A stretch of 64,000 nt of DNA from Eledone cirrhosa (lineage: Eukaryota), in assembly GCA_964016885.1 (NCBI GenBank), contig CAXHJY010001499.1, positions 62,001-126,000 of the forward strand, in the 5' to 3' direction. Of this stretch, positions 14,484 to 28,087 are shown piece by piece. Both the position numbers and the translations under genes were made by a program. Every line of letters begins with the position of its first letter. Positions within the stretch are counted from its first letter, which is position 1. The notes below the pieces were generated by a model. It saw only the letters and a list, made by a program, of their open reading frames with translations, made no database searches and was not told where the DNA came from.

Positions 14484-14688
14484 AACGTAGGAAATGTGGT
14501 AAGGAACCAGATGGACCATAACGCACCAAAGTACTCAATACTTAGGGTAGTAGAGTGGGTATTAGGTACGAGTAGGACCCCGACGGCTGAGCTCAAGCCG
14601 TTTCGACGGCTAATTCTGGACTAAATTTAGTCCAGAATTAGCCGTTGAAACGGCTTGAGCTCAGCCGTCGGGGTCCTACTCGTTCCTA
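14484..14688 (-). mobile_element. Short PLE pLTR end with a zero-spacer fold-back (centre 14625/14626)
   Basis: Homologous to 2545-2660, 5750-5813 and 31808-32001. Confidence 0.85.
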
Positions 14689-14827
14689 TATATATATATA
14701 TATATATATATAAAGTTAATCGCGGGTTCAATCGGGGTAACCACAGTAAGGTGCTCAATACATAGCAGGGCTTCTTGTGATTTCTCCAGAATGAAACGGT
14801 TATAATTCTGTAGAAACCATTTCTATA

Positions 14828-14883
<56 letters not shown>

Positions 14884-14886
<3 letters not shown>

Positions 14887-15463
14887 CTAGACAAATGTTC
14901 AAATATTCACTATATGAATCGCTTTTACGACAAATTTTATGATTCCTTGATGATTTACTTTTAATATCGTTGCTGTTTTTCTATGTAAAGTCATAAAGGT
15001 TTAAGCATCATCTTAGCATTAAGCTCACACAAAGTCTCAAACTTACAGAATTAATAACACTTTCCTTTAAATCGTTTGGGATAGGCTCATTTATTCTCTC
15101 TGTGAATACACACACAGACATACACACAAAGGCATAAATGTGCAAACACATGTATGATCATATATATATATATATGATCATACATGTGTTTGCACATTTA
15201 TGCCTTTGTGTGTGTGTCTGTGTGTGTGTCTGTGTGTGTATTCACAGAGACAATAAATGAGCCTATCCCAAACGATTTAAAGGAAAGTGTTATTAATTCT
15301 GTAAGTTTGAGACTTTGTGTGAGCTTAATGCTAAGATGATGTTTAAACCTTTATGACTTTACCTAGAAAAACAGCAACGATATCAAAATGAAATCATCAA
15401 GGAATCATAAAGTGTGTCGTAAAAGCGATTCATATAGTGAATATTTGAACATTTGTCTCGCAC
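14884..15463. repeat. Fold-back palindrome, ~280-bp arms centred on a short (TA)n
   Basis: Centre CATGTATGATC-(AT)n-GATCATACATG; arms are reverse complements with few differences. Confidence 0.92.
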
Positions 15464-16019
15464 ATATTATATAGACTGCTTTATAAAGCTAATGAAAAAA
15501 GGCTAAACCAAAAGAGAATGACGCAATTGTAGCCTGAGCGTTAGAAAGAGGGGAAGAGTTTGTGTATGTGAGTGTAACATTATGAGACAGAATAAATCAT
15601 TATGTGAAAAATATAAAATATAATAGAAACAGAGATTCAGACAGATAGAAATAGAATGCTAATTGAATGGATGTGAAGTTAATGGAATAGAAAAATAAGT
15701 AGCCTAATTCAAACTTGAAACAATTAAAACAGGGAGAGAATGGGAGAGTCAATTAGAGAGTAAAGCAGAACATAGTGCATGAGGAGGAATATAAAAATAT
15801 AGGATTGCAATGAAGAAGAAAATACGAGTGTTTATGTGTTTATTCTCCTGTGTGTGTTCATGTGTATGTAACACCAGCATTGTTTTTCTTTTATTTTCTG
15901 CATGTATTTCTGTATCACTGCATGCATCCAGAGGTAGGCGTGTTAATAAGACGTACAGAAAAGCAGTCTTAAAAGACAAAAAAATGTTCCCGAAGTAAAC
16001 GGATGAAAACATTGAAATG

Positions 16020-16061
<42 letters not shown>

Positions 16062-16066
16062 CATTT

Positions 16067-16116
<50 letters not shown>

Positions 16117-17710
16117 CATTTCAATGTTTATATATATATATAGAGAGAGAGAGATTTGATTCAAAGCATAGTTATAGAATTTTGGAGCATCGTGCTTTCA
16201 AAGAGATAGAGATAGGGAGGAGAGCGAAAGAGAGCATGAGAAAGAGAGAAGGGGGGATAGAGGGACAGAGAGATAAATTAATAGATTTATGTAGTAGATG
16301 TGTTTCGTCCCTATGTCATATGCACCAATAATATACAATCATAAAAATGTAGCTTTTGCAGTCCATTTTAAAAGTTGATCCAATATATCATACTTCAAAT
16401 CACACAACAACATACGATTCTCTGTATTTTCAAATTTCTGTCATCATCTTTAAATCATTTCGCCTCTCTCTAACAACTAGTCGAAATTAAAATGCTAGAG
16501 GCGGTTTCAATTCTCATTTAAGAAACGAAACGTACAAAATGAATTATTTCAGCATTAAAAAAAAAAACAAAGTTGGATAATTTTCAAATTTATTTGATTG
16601 AATTTATATTTCTGTAATAAATAATTACGGCACATAAACTTATATAGACGTCTGTTTTCATTTCTAAATACCAACGTTGGATACTTACGATAATACATTG
16701 GAACTTCATTTATTTTGAGCAGGGGCTCTCGAACATGTAGACCGCAGGCTGCATGCCGACGTAAACTACTTTTCCATAGCTTGCGGCAGAACAAATTTTG
16801 TGACTAATATTTACCTAAAACCTGGTAGGTTTTCTATAGTACAATGTGTTGCAATGTACCCATGGAAATCAATAAAATTGAAAAAATATATATATATATA
16901 TTTATCAACAGTGAAATCGGAACAAAAGCTTGTTTACCAAAAGTAAAAGCTTAAATAAGAAAAATGTAAAGCAAAAGATTTCCCAACCCACTAAAATTTT
17001 TAATATTTCAGAAAAACATTTCTAAAAAGAAACAGCGGCTCGTCAGCTCTATTACAAATTAGCATAATAACCTGTGGAAATCCCGCTTCACCTCATCTCA
17101 ATTTTAGCCCGATATGCCTTTTCCCCAGGACGTAATGACCCTTTTGAATCATAGAGACCTCTTTCTTAGAGATAGTTAATTAAAAATCAAAATTGTATTA
17201 ATGTAAATGGCATTTATTTAACTCTGAATTATTTAATGGGAAACGGGATGGTACTAATTATAAATTCATAGGGTAGATAATTTTGTACTTTATGATAAAA
17301 AAAATTAAGCGAGAATCAGATATAACGACAACAAAAAAACAATTATTTCAATGGGATTTTCCATTTCTGCAGAACAAGGTCGGATTTGAAATCAGAACGC
17401 ATATAGCTGGATCAGATCATTCTGTCTGTCCCTTTAATACACCCGTTATTCAACTGTCATTTAAACCGACATCCTAACGATTCTGAAAATTTGCCATCTT
17501 TGTATTCAATGCAATACTGTTTTTATAGATTTACAAATATTAATTACAGTCATAATGTACCGATTAAAAGTCATAGGAACCGATACTAATACGTGACATT
17601 ACAATCTCCACAAATCAACTTTTTTATTATAATCAACATAGCTGTTTCATTACAATTAATGCTGAAATTTGTCATTAAAACAAGCTTTGAATCGTCTGTA
17701 CAGTTATCTA

Positions 17711-17910
17711 TGGCAGTGGATTGGCAGTATCGGTAGAGGGTCTGACGCCATGCTTTGCAGCATAGAGTTACGGCCCTTTATGATCCGAGTTCAAGTCCCG
17801 CCGAGGTTGACTTTGCCTTTCATCCTTACGGGGTCTATAAAATAAAGCACCAGTAATACACTGGGATAATTGCTGGTCTTGTGCCAAATGTAGAACAAAT
17901 TATTATTTAA
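17711..17910 (+). mobile_element. tRNA-derived SINE
   Basis: A-box TGGCAGTATCGG, B-box GAGTTCAAGTCCC; repeated at 18841 and 19052. Confidence 0.8.
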
Positions 17911-18840
17911 TAAAAAACAACAAAAGAAAGAATTGTAATTGTTACCACTACAGAGCTGGCACTGCAAATTATGTGTACCTATGTTTCTACAAACAAACAC
18001 TGCTGAATTGTTTTATTATAACCATCACATAGCTGCTTTAATAAACTAAAAGTTTCATTGGAACCACAAACAAATACTACTGGCTATGTCTTATAACAAC
18101 AACTGTTGTGCTAATGATGTAGCCTCCATTGAGCTGAGTCGTCTCAAACATTATTGCTGAGTACTATCATTTCAGGATGAATTACAAGTGCAATTTAATT
18201 GTTTCAATACAAACAATAGTGAACTCAGCGTTTATATTACAAATATCATTGGCTGTTACAACAAAAGCTCTGAGATATCGTTAAAATAATACTGAGTTGA
18301 ATCATGCAATGCAAACAAATTGAGATAAAGTTTATTTATTCTAACATCTGTTAAACTACCACAGAATTCATCTCTGCGCTGGATCACTAAAAACCGATAA
18401 TGAGCGTTGATCACTTGAGTGCCGATTCATTGAAAGCGTAGACACCTCGGGTTAAATGACTTCGTATTTCTTCCGGTTCTCTACGCTTAAGTTAAAATCC
18501 CATCGTTATTAACTTAGCCTTCCATAGTTTCATGGTTGATAAACAATCTAATAGCTTAGGGAAACTGGATTGGTGAAACCGTTAAAAAGAATGGGCTGTG
18601 ATGCGTTGTAGTTTATGATCTGATTCTATAGGTTCCTATTTCAAGTCATGTCAACTTCTTCAAGTTTTTCTGCTGAATTGAGAATAGGCTTTTCTGCATG
18701 GTTAATCTTTCCCCTAGCGAAGCCCTCAGTCTGAAAATAATGCGTGTTAGAGATGGCAGCTAAATTTCTCTCAAATATAACCAAATTACTAAAAAAATAT
18801 CCTATGTATATATTATATTATATTATTTATCTATGTGTAT

Positions 18841-19245
18841 TGGTGGATTGGCAGTATCTGTAGAGGGTCGGACGCCATGCTTTGCAGCATAAAGTTATGG
18901 CCCTTTATGATCTGAGTTCAAATCCCGCCGAGGTTAACTTTGCCTTTCATCCTTACGGGTCGATAAAATAAAGTACCAGTAATGCACTGGGCAATTGCTG
19001 GCCTTGTGCCAAATGTAGAAACAATTATATTATTTATCTATGTTCATTTTATGATTGGAAGTATCGGTAGAGGGTCGGACGCCATGCTTTCCAGCATAGT
19101 TACGTCCCTTTGCGATCTAAGTTCAAATCCCGCCGAGGTTAACTTTGCCTTTCATCCTTACGGGGTCGATAAAATAAAGTACCAGTAATGTACTGGGTAA
19201 TTGATGGCCTTGTGCCAAAAGTAGAAACAATTATTTATCTATGTT
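18841..19245 (+). mobile_element. Two tandem copies of the tRNA-derived SINE
   Basis: ~200-bp direct repeats, each with B-box GTTCAAATCCC. Confidence 0.85.
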
Positions 19246-19570
19246 CATGCATAGAACAAGAAGCTCCCTAGGGTTTCAAGGCCCGATAATGATCATATCT
19301 CCAGACTTATATATGACTTATATATATATATCGAAATGTGTAGTTACGATGTAGATTCAGTATAGGAATAAATAAAAAGATGCTGATGTTACATAAGGAC
19401 GTGTTTTTCTGCCTGCGGCATATCACAAAATCGGGTTTTTCATCTGAGGATACCGGTCTCATAACAACAATAAATGCATGAATTACAACTTGGATTGCAC
19501 GAGTGAAGAGTTGAAATAATCATTATGAATAAACGATTCATGTAACATCAGAATTTTTCTTAATGTTACT

Positions 19571-19648
<78 letters not shown>

Positions 19649-22553
19649 ATCTTCGATACATTTGTAATATTATCTGGTATTCGATGTATGCTCTCACGGT
19701 TTTTGTTTTTTCCGCAAATATTTTATCATTGAACGATTATCAGACAATATGACCGATATGATTGTGTATATTAATCAAAATTATTCATATATGTGTGTGT
19801 GTGTGTGTGTGTGCGGTGGTGGTGGACCAGTGCATTAAAAGTATAGTGTTGCCTGTAATTGTCATTTTGTTAAAACTTTTATCATTTGGGTTGTTTTAAT
19901 GTCTGATTTTTGTAATATATTTTCCCCTTATGTGTATTTACACAAATATACGAAAAGGTATATATATATACACAAGAGCAATCATGAAAAATATATGAAC
20001 GGCGTATATAACATTTCCGGATACTTGAGCGGACACATTTTTAATTAATCAAAATAATGTCATTATGTTATTCTCTTACAATTTACCCCCAAACACTTCA
20101 GGGGAGAGGGAATGAAAACGAGAAAGCGAGAGAGGATGTCAGAGTGTGTGATGTAGGGGGATGTAAGAATGATATAACTATAAACACTTTAGTAGGTGTT
20201 CCTAGACTTCCTACTCCTACTCCCACTCCGTTTAAAGCCAGCCTCTATGCTCCCCAGCTCTCTATCCCACTCTTTCTTTCCCGCACTCTCTCTCTCTCTC
20301 TCACTCCAGCTCTATGTCTGTCCTCAGTAATTACATTCCTCTTCATTTTTCTTTCACTAACATTCTTATGATGAGCTTTACACAGAACATATGTATATAT
20401 GCATGCGTCATTATATATATACACAAATATGCATATATATATTTTGTATGTATGCATTCATGTATATGTAAGTAAGTGTGTGTGTGTGTGCGTAGTATGA
20501 ATGAGAGAAAATATCTGGTAATTCGTTTGCTTACTGTTTGAGTGATGGCTATCAGTAGTTATAACTGTGACGTGTTACGTCGTGAGTCCATTGTTGAAGA
20601 TCTCGCTGCTGCTAATTACTCTGTACAGAGATAAAAATATTTGCCAGTTTTCTGCATGTTTGAGATATAATTTCTTTGATATTTCTTTGTTTAGTTTCTT
20701 GTTGTTTGTTTTTATTAATGTTACGTATGGTACTGGTTTATTGCTTGTCTTTTGTTTTTATCAACTTAGCTATTTTAGTTGTTTTATTTCAATTATATCT
20801 TTATAATGGAAGCGAAGATAATTACTCTGTTCAGTGACTTTGTTCTCTGTATTGTTGCTGTAATGTTGAGTTTTTTAAACCTTAAATCTGTTTCTTAGCA
20901 GTTCCAGTGTTATTTGTTTAAAGGGTGTGAATAATTTTTGTATATTTTGGTCATTAATGCTGAGCCTGTCTTAATGAAAGCACGGGGGCGGGAGCGGACC
21001 TTAGTCTTATACATATTGTTATATATTAGTGTCTTGTTATAAGTTGTTTAGGTTGTAAAGGCTGCCTAATTGATATGTTGATATGTCTTCTCTGGTGATA
21101 TTTTTTTATTGCTTTTTTGTAGCTAATTCAACCTAGTTTAATTTCCCTTTTATCATTCCATGTTCGATCAATGAAATAACCTACCAGCCCAGATGATAGA
21201 TTTGGGGAATTATTCTACAGGCGGGCGATATGCATTGTGATATCTGTTCCAGCTCTTTGGTTTCTTCCGAACAAACCTGCATTAACACTTGTGTCAAGCT
21301 ATATAGGCTCTTGTCTTCCCTTTGAACAATACTAAAAACATTTGCACACATGAGCAATTACTCGTCATCCATAAAAAGCAAACGTTACCCAAGCCTGCAA
21401 TTGGAGAGGATTCTCCAGGTGGGGAGCAAAAACTAGGGCAGTAAAAGACATAAAGAGTTTCCATATATTTTTGTTGTTGTCGTTGTTTTTTTTCCATATC
21501 CATCGCTTTCCCGTTTTCTCTGTGCTTGATGTTTAATAGCATGTTTATATTGTGTTGTTCTACAGCATGACCTTGATCCTCTATCAACAGTATTAATATC
21601 TGGCACTGAACATTATGTTATCCAACACTATGTGGCGTAATTTGTTAGAGATTCATGAGCTATTATAGATTCATGGGCTTCTTCTTTGTCTCTGAGATGA
21701 AGTGTTGTTGATATGGTATGGGGAGAGAATAGATTATGATATTGATGATGATGAAGATGCGGATGATGATGTCAATGTTGACGACGATGACGAAGATCGT
21801 GATAATGATGATAGTATATCTTGTGTCACAGCACGTGATCATATTTTATTATGAAAATCTATGATCAAAGACCTCCACCAATGGCTAGGCAATATATATA
21901 TTTTTTTCATTTCGGTATCTTTTATCTCATGCGTGATTCCCCCAAGAATCAAACTGCGGAAATGTTATGTTTTATAAAATGTCAACAGTTGTACTTGATT
22001 TCAAGTCTCCCTTCTCGGTGTCAGCTGTGATGTCCAAGGGAAACACGGGGGCTGATATCATTTGGCACCAATATTGTTGCAGGCGTTGCGACCAAGTGAC
22101 AAATAAACATAACAGGGACGGCGAAATGTTTTGTTCGGTATATTCCAATATTCCCCTACCCTGCATTGGTACCACTTTTCCCTTGCATTGTGTGATCCTT
22201 CATTTTTTTAGTGGTGATAAGGTATAATTAAAGGAATATTTAGGTTCTAACTGTAGCAGAAGGATCAATCACGTTAGGGATTCCTCGTCAACTAATGATG
22301 ATGGTGAAGAAGGGTGTAGTAATAATTGTTGTCATAGATGGATTTGTAGGCAGAAGCAGATAAATAGTTGGTAACATATGGTTTCGTTATTTGCCCTCAA
22401 CGAATTCTATATCACATCTAATGTTTCGAGTCAATCATTTCTAATTACCATATAAAACGATAACATTGATATTGTCACGTTTAAATCTTTTTATATTTAC
22501 ATGTCATTGATGAATCACTATACGTTTATATGTATGTATATATGTATGTATTC

Positions 22554-22964
22554 CGGGAGAGATGACCCCTTAGCCTTTGTCAAGGCAGAATTCTAGGAGA
22601 AGGAAAACTCTGATATAACACTTGCAACCCTGATGGCATCCAATGATGTTGACTTGTTCTTCTTTTTGGTAAATATCATTTTGGTTAAGAGAGTGGGACT
22701 GGCTTTGTGCAGTGCATTTGCTCACTATAAAAGCTTCACGGCACAGGCCTTGCTTTATATCTGGAGATCTCTCTACACTTGTAGTCACATGGTACCATGG
22801 GCCGAGCACTATGTGCCAATAATTGTCACAAGTGTAGTGTTTGTACCAGAGTTTTCAAGTCGCTGGCTGGACTAAAATGTCACACTCGTTCAGCGCATCG
22901 GTAGGGGTTCTCCTACATGGATATAAAGTAGTGGCCGTACTCGAAAACGAATTGGCAGCCACCA
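22554..22964 (+). mobile_element. Non-autonomous RTE derivative, 5'-truncated
   Basis: Direct repeat of 23220-23630; encodes a remnant C2H2 finger CSVCTRVFKSLAGLKCHTRSAH; followed by a (TATG)n-like tail. Confidence 0.8.
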
Positions 22965-23101
22965 TGTGTGTATGTATGTATATATGTAGGTATGTATGTA
23001 TATATGTAGGTATGTATGTGTGTATGTGTGTATGTAGGTATGTAGGTATATATGTGTGTATGTAGGTATGTAGGTATATATGTATATATGTAGGTATGTA
23101 T

Positions 23102-23630
23102 GTGCAACCCCACCAAGGTTTCTTGGTGAGGAGGGTGACTTTGGACATCCTGCAGGACTAAAAACAAAACCTGTCAAAGGGCAAGGAGCTCTTAAGAGTC
23201 AATGGCGATCCAAAATAATCGGGAGAGATGACCCCTTAGCCTTTGTCAAGGCAGAATTCTAGGAGAAGGAAAACTCTGATATAGCACCTGCAACTCTCAT
23301 GGTATCCAATGTTGTTGACGTCTTCTTGTTTTTGGTAAATATTATCTTGGTTTATAGAGTGGGACTGGTTTTGTGCAGTGCCTTTGCTCACTATAAAAAC
23401 TTCACGGCACAGGCATTGCTTTATATCTGGAGATCTCTCTGCACTTGTCATCACAGGGTACAATGGGCCCAGCACTATGTGTCAGTAATTGTCACAAGTG
23501 TATTGTTCGTACCAAAGATTTCAAGTCGCTGGCTGGACTAAAAAGTCGCACACGTTCAGCGCATCAGTAGGGGTTCTCCTACATGGATATAAAGTAGTGA
23601 CCGTACTCGAAAACGAGTTCGCAGCCACCA
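23102..23630 (+). mobile_element. Non-autonomous bipartite RTE derivative (5' UTR + 3' end)
   Basis: RTE 5'-UTR-like motif CTAGGAGAAGGAAAACTCTGA joined to an RTE-like 3' end. Confidence 0.7.
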
Positions 23631-23648
23631 TGTATGTATATATGTATG

Positions 23649-25300
23649 TTTATGTGGCGGACGTTTTCCTTTAACCAACTCTCCATAAAAGAGTTGTTTT
23701 GGTATTCTAGAATCCTTCATCCTGGCAAGGTGACCACTCCAACGGAGTCGTTGCTTAAGCACAAGAGCTTCTATATTGTCACACATAGAGCTTTCCAAAA
23801 TCTCGACATCACTGATGTGGTCCCTCCAGTGAACGCCATGGATCCGTCTGAGATACATCTGATGGAAACGCTTCAATTGTTTAAGGTGGTGTCGATATGT
23901 GACCCAGGTCTCGCAGGCAAAAAGAAGACAAGAGAGCACACATGCCTTGTACACCTTTACATTTGTCGTCCTGCATATGTCTCGCCGACCCCAGAGTCGC
24001 CTTTCTAGCTTTCCGAAAACATCACTTGCTTTCCTAATCCTAAGTGAGATTTCACTGTCAAGGTTGCTGTATCGATTGACAGTGCTTCCCAGGTAGACAA
24101 ACTGATCAACCACTCCAAGTCGTTTACCATACACATAGATATTTGGTTCAGTGTACTGCTTACCAGGGACAGGTTGGTACATGACGACGGTTTTCTTGAG
24201 ACTGACAGTGAATCCTAGAGCAGTGTAAGCGTCAGAAAATGCATTCAAAATGTGCTGCATATCACTCTCTGTGTGCGCTACAAGATCGCAATCATCTGCA
24301 TACAAGAGGTCTCTTATGATTGATGTAAATAGTTTTGTCTTTGCAGCAAAGCACCTGATGTTAAATATGCTGCCTGAGGTTCGGTATCGGATTAAACAAC
24401 ATGCTCGCAATTCCTGAATGCAATACAGAAAACCATTGCAAAGTATATGGCAAACAGGGTCGGTGCTGGAATATCCCCCTGTTTCACTCCAAAAGAGGTA
24501 TAAGGATTCCTTGAAAGCCTCTTTGAAAGACGCTAACATCTCTGCTGATACATGGGAAAATATTGCTGCTGATCGTAATAAATGAAAAAGTCTGTATATG
24601 AGGGAAACATTGCCTTTGAGGCATCTCGAATCGCATACGAGAAAGTAAAGCGGGTTGTGAGGGAGGGCATTGCTGTTGCACTTCCAGACGGCGAGGGTCT
24701 TCCTATGGTACTCACATGCAGCGTCTGTGCGAGCCTCTGCCTAAGCAAAGCTGGACTCGAAAGTCATCTTCGCAGTCATAATTAAGACCAGTGGTTGACT
24801 ACCAGGCTGCTGTTGGAGATGCTACTCATCATGCTTGCCAAACATGTGGTAGAGAATGTAGATCAGCAGGAGGGCTCAAGCGACATGCAAAAGTACATGG
24901 CCTCCAACCACAGCCGGCTATTCCCAGTGAATGTTTTGGTTGCCGACTCTGTGCAAGGCATTTTAGATCATTGGCTGGGCTAAAAAGCCACATTCGATAA
25001 CAGCGCTGTTAGTTGCTATCGTGTGTGTGTATAGATATGTTTATGTGTGCGTATGTGTGTATATATATATGTATATGTATATTATATTGTTGTTGTTGTC
25101 GTTATTATTATTGTTGTTATTATTATTATTATTATTATTATTAATGAATATGTGTGTATGTATATATGTGTATGTGTATGTATGTATGTATGTGTGTGTG
25201 TTTATATATATATATATTTTTATTTTATTATTTTTTTTTTTCATTTATTTTTTTTCTCATCGTGCAATGGCCATACTCGATAACAAGGGGGCAGGCATCA
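23649..25300. mobile_element. RTE-clade LINE with 5' inversion: RT on minus (23649-24490), C-terminus with three C2H2 fingers and 3' UTR on plus (24490-25300)
   Basis: Minus strand GVKQGDIPAPTLF, LLYADDCDL, FVYLGS, RLRWSGHLARM, KQLFYGEL; plus strand KRYKDSLK, CSVC..HLRSH, CQTC..HAKVH, CRLC..HIR. Confidence 0.9.
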
Positions 25301-25319
25301 TATATGTATGTATGTGTAT

Positions 25320-25323
25320 ATAC

Positions 25324-25383
<60 letters not shown>

Positions 25384-25475
25384 ATATATATATATATATA
25401 CATTATATATGTATATATATACATTATATATATATACATAATATATATATATATACATAATATATATATATATAC

Positions 25476-25523
<48 letters not shown>

Positions 25524-25547
25524 ATATATATATATGTATATATAAAC

Positions 25548-25585
<38 letters not shown>

Positions 25586-25681
25586 ATATATATATATATA
25601 TACATTATATATATATACATAATATATATATATATACATAATATATATATATATATATACATAATATATATATATAAATAC

Positions 25682-25719
<38 letters not shown>

Positions 25720-25741
25720 ATATATATATATATATATATAC

Positions 25742-25797
<56 letters not shown>

Positions 25798-25821
25798 ATA
25801 TATATATATATATATACATAC

Positions 25822-25871
<50 letters not shown>

Positions 25872-25897
25872 ATATATATATATATATATATATATAC

Positions 25898-25933
<36 letters not shown>

Positions 25934-26159
25934 ATATATATATATATATATATATACATAATATATAATATATATATATATACATAATATATAATATATA
26001 TATATATACATAATATATATATATATATATATATACATAATATATAATATATATATATATACATAATATATAATATATATATATATACATAATATATGTA
26101 TATATATATATATACATAATATATATATATATACACATTATATATATATATATATACAC

Positions 26160-26208
<49 letters not shown>

Positions 26209-26242
26209 TATGTATATATATATATATATATATACATTATAT
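25320..26242. repeat. Compound satellite [TACATAA(TA)n]
   Basis: Directly visible. Confidence 0.95.
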
Positions 26243-26676
<434 letters not shown>

Positions 26677-26769
26677 ATGTAGGAGGTGAGTTTTATTGTA
26701 GTACAATAAAGCAATGCAGATATCGGATAAGAAGCACTCTACAGTTTGTAGGACTGGAGTATACATAAT

Positions 26770-27093
26770 ATATAAGAACAAAAGATGGTTAAAGGAGTTC
26801 CATGTATTTTATTATGCGCATTTCAAAAACAAACATCATCATGCAATAATATTTGTGTTTTCAGCAGATAAAACAGGAGGACATGATATGAAGGCTAAAA
26901 ATCACTTGTGGATAGTGCAGTTTTAAATCAACATATGTTGATATGTTGATTTAAAACTGCACTAAGTGTTTTTTAGCCTTCATATCATGTCCTCCTGTTT
27001 TATCTGATGAAAACACAAATATTATTGCATGATGATGTTTGTTTTTGAAATGCGCATAATAAAATACATGGAACTCCTTTAACCATCTTTTGT

Positions 27094-27100
<7 letters not shown>
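26770..27100. repeat. Fold-back palindrome (~160-bp arms) with an HHR in each arm
   Basis: Centre ATCAACAT-ATGTTGAT-ATGTTGAT; mirrored ORFs 26714+ and 26951-. Confidence 0.92.
26998..27064 (+). ncRNA. Minimal type I hammerhead ribozyme
   Basis: TTTTAT-CTGATGA-15-bp stem II-GAAA-TGCGCA (palindrome)-TA-ATAAAA; the mirror copy 26807-26873 has CTGCTGA. Confidence 0.88.
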
Positions 27101-27154
<54 letters not shown>

Positions 27155-27157
<3 letters not shown>

Positions 27158-27475
27158 TGCCAGAGAACGTCTCTATGCACCACCTAAGAGAACATTAGTC
27201 TACGACCTCTTTTATACCATAAACGTGGTTTTGTCTTTGCGCGCAATTGTTTTTCACCGCTCCTATTAATGACGTATTATTCGTTTTTTCCCGTTCTTTG
27301 CCAGCGAACGTTACCACGAACCAAAGTATCGTCTTCCTGTCTTCCTCCGGTTGCAACGTTTTTTGAAATATCCAGTTCTGCGTTTACAGATTGACTTTGT
27401 TAGTTTCAGAAGATCCCGTTAAGGGTGAAAGCAGCGATTCTTTGCTTAAACTTTAATCTGTTATTTTAATAAATA
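27155..27475 (+). mobile_element. Non-coding PLE-derived element with an HHR (A4 variant) at 27402-27452
   Basis: Near-identical to 35006-35330; AGTTT-CAGAAGA-TCCC(GTTAA)GGGT-GAAA-GCA..TGC-TT-AAACT. Confidence 0.8.
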
Positions 27476-28087
27476 TATATACATTATATATATATATATC
27501 TATATATATATATATATATATATATACATTATATATATATATCTATATATATCTAGTCAGCATATTGTTACTCTCAAGGAAGTGAGTCATTCGCGATCTC
27601 ACCACTCTCTCAAATACCTTAATGATATGAGAGGTGAGTGGGATTGGACGGTAATTCACGGCGAGGGATTTGTTTCCTTATTTGAAAACTGGGACAACAG
27701 ACTAGGATAGAAGGTTTTCAGGCACATATCCAGCATCCAGTGAGTTCCGCCACAGATTGGCAACAGGAGATGCAAGTTGGTGTTGACACGCCTTCAAGAC
27801 ACAAGCAGGGAACCTATCGGGACCTACTGCTGAATTATGCTTTATTTCCTTTATTGCCGCTAAGACATCAGGGGCGCCAAATGTTATGTCCGATAAGGTG
27901 TAATAGGGAGTAACATCAAATTATTATATACTTTCGTCTTTTCATTAATTTCATTAATTTCAAATAACCAGAATATATTTATATATATATACTCATATTT
28001 ATATATACACTTCTCACTCACACACAAGAAAAACAAAAAATATATATATTGAAATACTTAACTAAAACACACACACTCAAAACTAGA

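Noticed and set aside
16720-16760. CAGGGGCTCTCGAAC...GCATGC resembling a hAT terminal repeat
   Set aside because: No partner TIR or target-site duplication found
17711-19245. ~200-bp repeats as tRNA genes or a CRISPR-like array
   Set aside because: No cloverleaf and no unique spacers; typical SINE copies
21185-22250. Possible minus-strand host exons (21185-21276, ~21391-21436, ~21970-22250)
   Set aside because: Short open frames with AG/GT boundaries but weak splice context and no recognisable domain; needs RNA-seq or homology evidence
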